Under the pieces are notes generated by a model, which saw nothing but the letters and a program-made list of their open reading frames with translations, had not been told where the DNA came from and searched no databases. From the NCBI GenBank assembly GCA_040005235.1, contig JBDTZG010000003.1, positions 128,001 to 192,000 of the forward strand: DNA of 64,000 bases. Reading direction: 5' to 3'. Position 1 is the first letter of the stretch. Each line of letters starts with the position of its first letter. Shown in pieces: positions 9,467 to 17,498 of this stretch. A program made the position numbers and the translations under genes. Origin of the DNA: Acidobacteriota bacterium. Lineage in GTDB: Bacteria; Acidobacteriota; Thermoanaerobaculia; Multivoradales; UBA5704.

Positions 9467-9617
9467 CAATCCTCACGAAACGAGCCTCACGTGGGAGCCC
9501 CAAAGGCCCCCTGCCTGTGTTTTTCTGTTCTGACGCTCCGGCGGTTCCTCTCTCTTTTGTGCGAGAGGTCTCTCCTCCGGCCGCCGGGGAGCGCCAATTG
9601 GAGGGGAACCAAGGAGA

Positions 9618-11330
9618 ATGGGGATGAAAAACTTGCACGCCAAGAGTCTGGTACTGGCCCTCGTGTTGCTCCTGGGAGCAACTGTCGTCCCGGCGCACGC
9701 GGACGACTTTGCGTCGAGCGCTCTCGGCTCGAATCGCGTGACCTGGGACATCGCCGGGAATTACGATCGAGCGGTCCTCACCGTCTCCCGCCCGGACGGT
9801 ACGGTCTTCCGCAAAGAGTTCAAGGCCGGGGTGGTCCCCGCCTTTGACCTCACGGACGCCGCGGGCAACGTGGCCGCCGACGGCGCCTATACCTGGCAGA
9901 TCGTCCTTTCCCCCCGCCTCGACGCCCGGCAGAAGGACGCCCTTGCCGCCGCCCGGCGCACCAACGATGCCGCCGTCGAGGCGCGCATCCTCGCCGCCAA
10001 CGGGCTCAATAAGGCGCGCATCCAATCCGGATCGTTCGCCGTCGCGGGCGGCAGCACGGTCGCGCCCGACCTCCAGGAATCGACTCGCGCCGCGGCCCCT
10101 CGCGCCGCCGCGCCGCGCGATCCGGGTCCGATCACGCCTAACGACCAAGTGATCCCGGACGATCTGATTGTCCAGGGCAGCGCCTGCGTCGGTCTCGACT
10201 GCGTCAACAATGAGAGCTTCGGCTTCGACACCATCCGTCTAAAAGAGAACAATACCCGGATCAAGTTCGAGGACACCTCGACCGGTACCGGCTTCCCCAC
10301 CCACGACTGGCAGCTCACCGCGAACGACTCCGCCGGCGGCGGCGCAGAGAAGTTCTCGATCGAGGACATCACCGCCGCGACCGTGCCGTTCACCATCACC
10401 GGTTCCGCGGCCACCAACTCGATCTTCGTCGACTCGACCGGCCGCCTGGGCCTGCGCACCGCGACCCCCGTGCTCGACATCCACGTCTCGACCACCAACA
10501 CCCCGGCGATGCGGCTCGAACAGACCTCGGCCGGCGGCTTCACCGCGCAGACTTGGGACGTCGCTGGCAACGAGGCGAACTTCTTCGTCCGCGACGTGAC
10601 CGGCGGCTCGCGCCTGCCGTTCCGCATCCGGCCCGGCGCGCCGACCAGCTCGATCGACATCAACGCCTCGGGCAGTGTCGGCATCGGCACCGCCTCCCCG
10701 TCCGCCAAGCTGCATGTCCTAAGCAGCGGCGCCGCGGTCGACGATGGCAAGTTGTTCATCCAGAACTCCAGCGCCACGGTCCTCGCGCGCGAGATGCTGG
10801 AAATCCGCAACAACGGCGCCACGCTGCTGATCTTGAAAGACAGCGGCAACGCCTCCCGTTGGAGCTTCGGCTCGATTGGCGGCAATTTCGTGGTCGACGA
10901 CCAGCAAGACGCCGCGGTCGAGATGTCCCTCACCGGCGCCGGCAACATGACGATCGGCGGCACCCTGACTCAAGGGTCGAGCCGCGAGATCAAGGACGGC
11001 TTTACCGCCCTCGATCCGAAGGCCGTCCTCGCCAAGGTCACCGCCCTGCCGCTCACCCAGTGGAGCTACAAGGTCGACGGTCCGACCATCCGCCACATCG
11101 GCCCGATGGCCGAGGACTTCGCCGCCGCGTTCGGTCTCGGCGCCGACGATAAGCACATCGCCCCTAGCGACCAAGCCAGCGTCGCCCTGCTCGCGGTCCA
11201 AGGGCTCAACCAGCTGGTGCAGGAGAAGGACCAGCAGCTCGCCGACCTCAAGGCCCAGAACGACCAGCTCGCCTCCCGCTTGGCAAACCTGGAAAAGATG
11301 ATGCAGGACCTGGCGGCCCAGCAGAAGTAA
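9618..11330 (+). CDS. Secreted fibre-like protein with C-terminal intramolecular chaperone (peptidase S74 / tail-fibre domain)
   Basis: Signal peptide; VGIGTASPSAKLHV repeats; SSREIK...WSYK...HIGPMAEDF..AFGLG; C-terminal coiled coil; AAGGAG RBS. Confidence 0.85.
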   Translation: MGMKNLHAKSLVLALVLLLGATVVPAHADDFASSALGSNRVTWDIAGNYDRAVLTVSRPDGTVFRKEFKAGVVPAFDLTDAAGNVAADGAYTWQIVLSPRLDARQKDALAAARRTNDAAVEARILAANGLNKARIQSGSFAVAGGSTVAPDLQESTRAAAPRAAAPRDPGPITPNDQVIPDDLIVQGSACVGLDCVNNESFGFDTIRLKENNTRIKFEDTSTGTGFPTHDWQLTANDSAGGGAEKFSIEDITAATVPFTITGSAATNSIFVDSTGRLGLRTATPVLDIHVSTTNTPAMRLEQTSAGGFTAQTWDVAGNEANFFVRDVTGGSRLPFRIRPGAPTSSIDINASGSVGIGTASPSAKLHVLSSGAAVDDGKLFIQNSSATVLAREMLEIRNNGATLLILKDSGNASRWSFGSIGGNFVVDDQQDAAVEMSLTGAGNMTIGGTLTQGSSREIKDGFTALDPKAVLAKVTALPLTQWSYKVDGPTIRHIGPMAEDFAAAFGLGADDKHIAPSDQASVALLAVQGLNQLVQEKDQQLADLKAQNDQLASRLANLEKMMQDLAAQQK

Positions 11331-11511
11331 GGGAAGGTCGAGCAGTTGATCGCCCAACCGGCGACGGGATCATTCCTGCCGCCGGTTGGCCCGCGAAGGA
11401 ATCAAGACCTTCGTAGAGTCAATTTCTCGGCGCAGAGTCCGGTACGGGCAGCTAGGAGTTCTGGCTGAAGAATGAAGGATCGGAGAACGAGGCGCATCGA
11501 GGGTCCTCAAG

Positions 11512-13833
11512 TCACCGATGTGCACTCGGTTCACTCGTGGCACCGCTCCCACCTGTCTTAGCCATGTCCAGATCAAGTACGCCGCCAGCCTCCAAATTAC
11601 CCCCCACGCAAGAACGAGAGTCCACCAAGCCTGCGTTGAGAATCGCGGCGTCGAGCGGCGCGAAACAGGCTTGATACCTTCCGGGCGCCAGGCCCGGGAT
11701 CACCAAGCGGGGATGAAACGGAATGATGGGCGACCCCTGTTTCTGCGCCCACTGTGCGAGCGCAGAGAGGGAGAGGAACAGGCCGTCTTGAGAGATGGCG
11801 AGCATCTCCTTTCGATTCAAGCGCTCTTCGAAATCGTCCGGGAGCTCGATGGCGAGGCTTCCTTGTTCGGGTGACAGATATACGGTGCCTCCCGGTCGCG
11901 GAAGACGCAAGCCTCGTAGACCGTAGCCGGGAGCGAGAACGATCGTGATGGCCTCAGTCACCCGGGCAGGAAGGTGGGCCTCGAATCGGCCGTCGAGATC
12001 CGACTGCACCGTGTCGGAGAGGTCCGGGCCGGGCTTTGACGAGAAGAGGAGGATGGAAGCCCCAGCCACAGGACCGGACTCGCTCTGAACACGACCCGCC
12101 CAAGTACCTGCCCGGCGAAGTTCAAGAACGATCGGTCCCGTCGCCGCTTTGGCATCGACCACTCGCACCAGCGGCTCGCTGGATTGCCGATCGCCGCGTT
12201 CGCCAAAGTCTGCCACGAAAGTCGCTTCACCTTCCGGTATGCCATAGAACTCGAATGCGCCTTTCTTGTCGGCCGTGGTGTGAAAGGAGCCTCCCTTCTT
12301 GGCGCTAACGGCCACCAAGGCAGCCTCGGCCGGTTGGCCGGCGGCGTCGACCACGCGCCCGAAGACGCGACTGGCCGGGATTTCAATCTCGACGTCGGCT
12401 CGGTGCTCGCTGGTTGGCTCGACCTTCACCGAAACCCTAGAGGTTCGAGAAGGCTCTCCCCATTCGACATCGACCACCCAACCACCCCCATGCGGGAGCA
12501 CGCCAAAAAACTCGCCGCTGTTCGCCTCCATTTGAACCCGTTCCGCACCGTACTTGCCACCAAAAAGGAGCACGGCATCGAGCGCCTCGTCGGCCCGCCG
12601 AACCGTCCCGCGGATACTCAACAGGTCGAGGCGGATCTCGCGCCGTTCTCCGCTCGCTCCTCCTACACGAAACTGCTGGTCAAACCAATAGTTGTTGCCG
12701 ATCGCATCACTGATCGTTGCGCTGTAGGACCCCGCTTCCAGGCCTTTCGCATGCACGATGCCTTGCTCGTTCGTAGCCCCCTCGAAGGCCGGTCCGTAGC
12801 TGACTCTGTCGCTATGAATGAGCGTGAGCTGCCAAGGCTGCCCCTGCGGGTCCGCCTCAGGAATGATCACGACCTCCAGGTCGCTCGGCGCTTGCAGCAC
12901 CGCAGCGTCCTGCAACAGTGTCTGAATTCCCGCCAACACTTGGATCGGCCCCGAGACGAAGGGCGAGAGGCCCGCCTGGTCGACCTTCAGGCGATACACC
13001 CCGGGTGTGAGTGCGACAAATTCGAACGAGCCGTCCGGCGCCACCAGGCTCTCGTGGCCTGTACTCTGAATACTCAGGCCGAGTCGGGGGTTGCCGTTCG
13101 AAGGTCCGAGGGCGGGCTCGATCCGCGCGAAGCAAAGTCCAGGTGCAAGGGCTCCCCCTTCGACGCGGACCCACCCGGCCACCGAGCCCCCTTTACGCAG
13201 AATGAGTGGCTGAACGCTGCGGGCCTTGGACGCCGAGATCTCGACACTCCGGACGTACCCGGGGGCGAAACCGCCGCCAGGCTGAAACGACAGGTCAAGC
13301 TTCGTCGCCGGCAAGAGACATCGAAAGGTTACCGTTTCCGCGTTCTTGGGCTTCAGATCGCAGCCTGAACGGCCGTTCGGACCCTGTGTCTTTCTCTCCG
13401 CCGGAAGAAGGACGGCGATCTCAAGAGTCGTCGGCAATTTGTCGCGTTTGTCGCTGAGCTTCAACTCGCCTTCCACCACACCCAGAGGCCAAACCTCGAT
13501 TCGAACCGGTTGCTCGGTGAGCTTGGCTTCTACCGTGACAACCCGACGAACGGCCCAAAAACCTTCCGCTTCTAGACCGATCTCCCAGCGCCGCCCCAGA
13601 GGAAGCTCGACCGAGGAGCGCGCTCCGGGTCGAATCTCAACCCGGATCGGGTCCCCCGAATCCGCCGGACGCAGGATCCAATGACCGGCTGGTGGTTTCG
13701 GCGATTCCGCCTTGAGCTCAGCAACGAGGTCAACGCGGACGACCGCAGGCGCCGCCGAAGAGGGTTCCACCGATGCCCATGCCGCCAAGGCAAGAGCGAT
13801 GCTCCCGATCAGGAATGCGCTGAGAGATCTCAT
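11512..13833 (-). CDS. Secreted carboxypeptidase-regulatory-like (Cna-B/transthyretin-like) repeat protein
   Basis: Signal peptide MRSLSAFLIGSIALALAAW; repeated GRVVD..G.P..A.V / TD..G.F.F..L.PG.Y motifs. Confidence 0.75.
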   Translation of the reverse strand: MRSLSAFLIGSIALALAAWASVEPSSAAPAVVRVDLVAELKAESPKPPAGHWILRPADSGDPIRVEIRPGARSSVELPLGRRWEIGLEAEGFWAVRRVVTVEAKLTEQPVRIEVWPLGVVEGELKLSDKRDKLPTTLEIAVLLPAERKTQGPNGRSGCDLKPKNAETVTFRCLLPATKLDLSFQPGGGFAPGYVRSVEISASKARSVQPLILRKGGSVAGWVRVEGGALAPGLCFARIEPALGPSNGNPRLGLSIQSTGHESLVAPDGSFEFVALTPGVYRLKVDQAGLSPFVSGPIQVLAGIQTLLQDAAVLQAPSDLEVVIIPEADPQGQPWQLTLIHSDRVSYGPAFEGATNEQGIVHAKGLEAGSYSATISDAIGNNYWFDQQFRVGGASGERREIRLDLLSIRGTVRRADEALDAVLLFGGKYGAERVQMEANSGEFFGVLPHGGGWVVDVEWGEPSRTSRVSVKVEPTSEHRADVEIEIPASRVFGRVVDAAGQPAEAALVAVSAKKGGSFHTTADKKGAFEFYGIPEGEATFVADFGERGDRQSSEPLVRVVDAKAATGPIVLELRRAGTWAGRVQSESGPVAGASILLFSSKPGPDLSDTVQSDLDGRFEAHLPARVTEAITIVLAPGYGLRGLRLPRPGGTVYLSPEQGSLAIELPDDFEERLNRKEMLAISQDGLFLSLSALAQWAQKQGSPIIPFHPRLVIPGLAPGRYQACFAPLDAAILNAGLVDSRSCVGGNLEAGGVLDLDMAKTGGSGATSEPSAHR

Positions 13834-13834
13834 G

Positions 13835-14001
13835 TCAGATCCGCTGCCCGCCGCCACAACCGCCGCCGCTCCCGGTGCCGCCACCACCGCTGCCGCCGCC
13901 GAAGTCGGGGTTGAGACAAGCACCGCCACTTTTCCTTGGAATGTCCTTTCAAGAGTTGTTGGTGCGCTCGACCTCTGAAACGTGACAACTCAGGTTTTCA
14001 T
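13835..14001 (-). pseudogene. Probable remnant of a small Gly/Cys-rich protein gene upstream of the Cna-B-like gene
   Basis: AAGGAG RBS and ATG giving only MKT*; another frame reads KDIPRKSGGACLNPDFGGGSGGGTGSGGGCGGGQRI* and ends 1 nt before ATG 13833. Confidence 0.4.
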
Positions 14002-14301
14002 GTCGCGTTGCTCCTTTCCCGCGGCGCCTCCCGCCACCCCACGCTCCGCCGCAAGCCGCTCCCCCACCCTTCGCCGAAGGCCTGCACCCGGATTCCACCC
14101 GCTGACCCTCAAAGACCCAAGAGGCCGCGACTTCAATTCACACAATTCGCCGGGCGAGCTCGGCGGCCGAGCGTTGGAGGGGCGTAGCGCGCGGCCGGAC
14201 ACGCACGTCCAAAAGGTTTTCCATCGAACGCCGGCGGGAGCATTCCCCTGCCGCCGTTGTGGTTCGGGCGGAGCTGAGTCGGGATGCGCCCGCAACCTTC
14301 C

Positions 14302-14742
14302 CTACTCTTGAGCTCTGTCCGACGCCGGCCCGACCCGCCGCTCGAACCGCACGGCCAGGCGCATGATTTCCCTCCGCTGTTCCGCCGCCCATTCGCACAA
14401 TCGCCGGTCGACCGGATCGAGCGTCGCCCCCTCGACGGAGTCCGCTGGCTGCGGCTCGGCCGCCACCTCTTCCACGAAATCCTGGAGATGTCGTAGCTCG
14501 CGCCCCACGGCACGAAGCTTCGCCCGCCGGACCGATTCGCCGAGCCGTTTGGGGTCGAGCGGTTGCTCGCCCGCCCCTTTGTACAGCGCCTCGGCGACGT
14601 ACTCGACGATCTTCCGGATATTGGGTACCCACCGGAATCGCAGCAGCGCCGTCTCGCGCAACAATCCTCCTCGTCGACGCGCCTTCTCCATCTTGTCCAG
14701 CTCCTTTTCGATCGTTTCCTGGATCGGCCCCGGCTTTTTCAC
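14302..14742 (-). CDS. Hypothetical helical protein (146 aa)
   Basis: GTG start overlapping the upstream stop (GTGA); charged helical sequence. Confidence 0.55.
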   Translation of the reverse strand: MKKPGPIQETIEKELDKMEKARRRGGLLRETALLRFRWVPNIRKIVEYVAEALYKGAGEQPLDPKRLGESVRRAKLRAVGRELRHLQDFVEEVAAEPQPADSVEGATLDPVDRRLCEWAAEQRREIMRLAVRFERRVGPASDRAQE

Positions 14743-15353
14743 CGCGCCACCCCCAGATCCCGCCACCACTCGTCGCGCAGCGCGCGCCGTGCGCGCCGCC
14801 GCATTCGAAGGAGATGGAGGAAGGGCCCCGGCTCGATCTGACCTCGGCGAAGGATTGCGGCCCAGACGCGCATAGAGATGTGACCGCCTTCGGGCAAGGA
14901 CTCGGCCCCTTCCTTCGCCAGGTTTTCGATCCGGCCGGCGAGGCCCGGAAGAAGTTCGCCGTGATTCAAAAAAAGAAAGGTACGCCCCAGCTCCAAAGCC
15001 GCCTCGGCAGCGGCGAGCGGGTCGTTCAGGTATTCGTACGCCCAGGCCGCCCGTTCGAACTGCAAGGCCGCTTCGGTGAAGTCGCCGTCTTTCGTGGCGG
15101 TTTCGCCGCGGTGCATGAGCATCCGGGCGAAGCGGCGGACGCTCCTGTCGTCGGGAAAGCTCGTGCGCGCCTTCCCGCGAGAAGCCCGGGGAGGGGGCGA
15201 GGGCGTGCCCTCGCCTTTTGTTGCGGCGGTGGGGTGGGCTTCGGTTTGCGGAGAAGGAGAAAAAGGAGGGCGCGCGTCGATCCTTCCTGCCCGCGCGCCC
15301 CGGGAAACGGAGGGCCGGCGCCTGCTCGAATTGCGGTTGGGGGCGTCGGCCAT
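14739..15353 (-). CDS. Hypothetical protein with a short TPR-like helical region
   Basis: GDFTEAALQFERAAWAYEYLNDPLAAAEAALELG resembles a TPR/SNAP helix pair; start uncertain; divergent from the XRE-TPR gene. Confidence 0.55.
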   Translation of the reverse strand: MADAPNRNSSRRRPSVSRGARAGRIDARPPFSPSPQTEAHPTAATKGEGTPSPPPRASRGKARTSFPDDRSVRRFARMLMHRGETATKDGDFTEAALQFERAAWAYEYLNDPLAAAEAALELGRTFLFLNHGELLPGLAGRIENLAKEGAESLPEGGHISMRVWAAILRRGQIEPGPFLHLLRMRRRARRALRDEWWRDLGVAR

Positions 15354-15570
15354 GCGTCAGACGATAAGCACGAGCGCCACCGCAGTCTTTGAAGCTGGGC
15401 AAGATTTCATGCCCCGGGTACTGCGAATGACAAGTTCGTTCCGAAGACGACGCCCGTCCGGCCATGGGGTTACCTGGCGTCGCGCGAGGTGTTTCGCGGG
15501 GCCGCAAGGCACGTAATTCCGTGTCACGCTAAGCACTTGGTGCGCACCTTCAATTCAAAGAGATCCCTAC

Positions 15571-17007
15571 ATGTCCCGCACGACGGACCCGGTGCTGCTG
15601 AGCGCGTTCAAGGCTCTGTGTTCTCTCCTGGAATGGAGCTGGGGGGAGTTTGCCCGCGCCTTGGGCCTTTCGCGCAACACGCTCCACCGGATCGAAAAGG
15701 GATTGTCCAAGCTGTCGGAGGAAAAGCAGGAGAAGGCGAAAGCGATTCTGGGCGTCACTCCCGAGGAATTCGAAGCCGCCGTCCATTTGGCGACGCTGAT
15801 CTTCAATCGACGCAACGCGGGGATCGCTTCGCCCGCCCCCGGCAGCCGCCGCGCCCGGCTCGCCAAGCATTTTGACGCGGCGGTGCGCGACACGCGCGCC
15901 TTTCTGGAGTCGAGAATCCGAGCGATCGAGGTCGACGAGGCAAAGGAAGAGGCGGAACAGCTCTGGAAGGAGTTGGCCACGAGGCCCCAGAAAGAGCGAA
16001 TCCTGCGGGTCGAGACGTGCGACGAGTTTCTGACCCCGGCGTTCATCGCCCGGGTGTGCGACGAGAGCGTCAAGGCCGCCGCCAAGCGAGCGTCGGATTC
16101 GGTCGACCTGGGGAATCTTGCGTTGAAGGTCGCAGAGCGCGCGCCCGGGACGGAAGCGCAACGGGCGGGGCGCTTGTGGCAAGCCTGGGCTTTCGTGGGC
16201 AATGCTCACAGGGTATGCAACGAATTCGGAGAAGCGGACCTGGCGTTCGCCTCGTCCGGCGAGACCGGCAAATTGGGTGAAGGCGAAGAGCCGGAGTTTT
16301 TCGATCCAGCTAGACCCTTGGACCTAGAGGCTTCCCTTCGAAGGAACCAGGGGCGATTCAGGGATGCCTTGTTGCTGCTCGATCGGGGATTGCAAATCTG
16401 TTGGCCCTCCTCGCGTTCTCGGATCCTTCTCCAACAGGCGACAACACTGGAGCAGAATGGTGACCCGGGGAAAGCAATGGCGGCCCTGGAGGAAGCGCGG
16501 CCTGCGATCGAGCGTGGCGAAGGTGAGCCTCGGTCCAGATGGGTGTTGAATTTCAATGTGGTGAAGAACCTGGTGCATCTGGACCGCGGCGCCGAAGCCG
16601 AAGCCAGGCTTCCTGAAGTGCGGACTCTCGCGGCGGAGCTGGGGAACAATCTTGATCTCTTGCGCACTCGGGCTCTTGGAGGCCAAGTATTGGCAGTAGC
16701 GGGTCACCGTTCTCTGGCATTGCGCGAACTTCGAGCGGTGCGCCTCGAATTTTCGGCACTCTTTTTACGGGCCGACTCTGCTGTTGTTGGCCTCAACGAA
16801 GCCGCGATCCTCCTCAGCGAGGGCCGAAACGTCGAAGTACGGGCGCTGACTAGTGAGATGCGCCCGGTCTTCAATACGCTGGGTCTCGAACGACAGTCAC
16901 TCGCAGCCGTACGGCTGTTCCTGGAAGCCGTGGAGCGTGATGCGGCTACGGTAGCCCTGGCGCGAGAAGCCGCCCGCTGCATTTGCCGGTTGCCTCGCCG
17001 TAGTTAA
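15571..17007 (+). CDS. XRE-family HTH + TPR-repeat regulator (paralog 1)
   Basis: WSWGEFARALGLSRNTLHRIEKG XRE HTH; TPR helices (EASLRRNQGRFRDALLLLDRGL). Confidence 0.85.
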   Translation: MSRTTDPVLLSAFKALCSLLEWSWGEFARALGLSRNTLHRIEKGLSKLSEEKQEKAKAILGVTPEEFEAAVHLATLIFNRRNAGIASPAPGSRRARLAKHFDAAVRDTRAFLESRIRAIEVDEAKEEAEQLWKELATRPQKERILRVETCDEFLTPAFIARVCDESVKAAAKRASDSVDLGNLALKVAERAPGTEAQRAGRLWQAWAFVGNAHRVCNEFGEADLAFASSGETGKLGEGEEPEFFDPARPLDLEASLRRNQGRFRDALLLLDRGLQICWPSSRSRILLQQATTLEQNGDPGKAMAALEEARPAIERGEGEPRSRWVLNFNVVKNLVHLDRGAEAEARLPEVRTLAAELGNNLDLLRTRALGGQVLAVAGHRSLALRELRAVRLEFSALFLRADSAVVGLNEAAILLSEGRNVEVRALTSEMRPVFNTLGLERQSLAAVRLFLEAVERDAATVALAREAARCICRLPRRS

Positions 17008-17048
17008 GTTCTCGATCCACGGAGCGCGCTCCGAGTTCATTCCGTGGC

Positions 17049-17351
17049 TCAGTGGTTCGGTTGACCGTTAGGGTCTGCCTCAATGCCGATGTCCTGAGAA
17101 CCGGGACCGGCGGCCGGCTGTCCGTTAGGATGGGCGACAGCGCCATTGTTGCCAACAACGATTCCGGGTGCCGGCCGGTCGCTCGGATCGACCACTGCGC
17201 CGAGTTCCTCCCAGAGCGCCGAAAGCAGGCTCCAGGGGGAGGAGAAGAAGGAACAGTCCCTCGGCGCGGCCCCGGCGGGCAGGGCGAGGAAAGCGAGCAG
17301 GAGGAGGGCGGCGACGGATCGGTGCGGGCGGCTTTGCGGGGAGGGGTTCAT
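17049..17351 (-). CDS. Small secreted protein / putative propeptide with three GxxxDPNG-like repeats
   Basis: AAGGAG RBS; Sec signal ending AGA; cores ELGAVVDPSD, NNGAVAHPNG, DIGIEADPNG. Confidence 0.75.
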   Translation of the reverse strand: MNPSPQSRPHRSVAALLLLAFLALPAGAAPRDCSFFSSPWSLLSALWEELGAVVDPSDRPAPGIVVGNNGAVAHPNGQPAAGPGSQDIGIEADPNGQPNH

Positions 17352-17498
17352 GGGGTCTCCTTGGGTTTCGAGGGCGGCGGGCGGCGGAAGTGCCGAACCG
17401 AGCCCCTCGAAAAGAAAGTGTCGCGTAGGACAAATGTCGCGCTGGAATCATGGGGCATGCACGGGCGGGCGGCGAGAGGCTCCAAACGGGAGGTTCAG

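Noticed and set aside
17052-17498. N-terminal extension of the 640-aa ORF
   Set aside because: Antisense to the propeptide gene; the RBS and HTH position support ATG 17499
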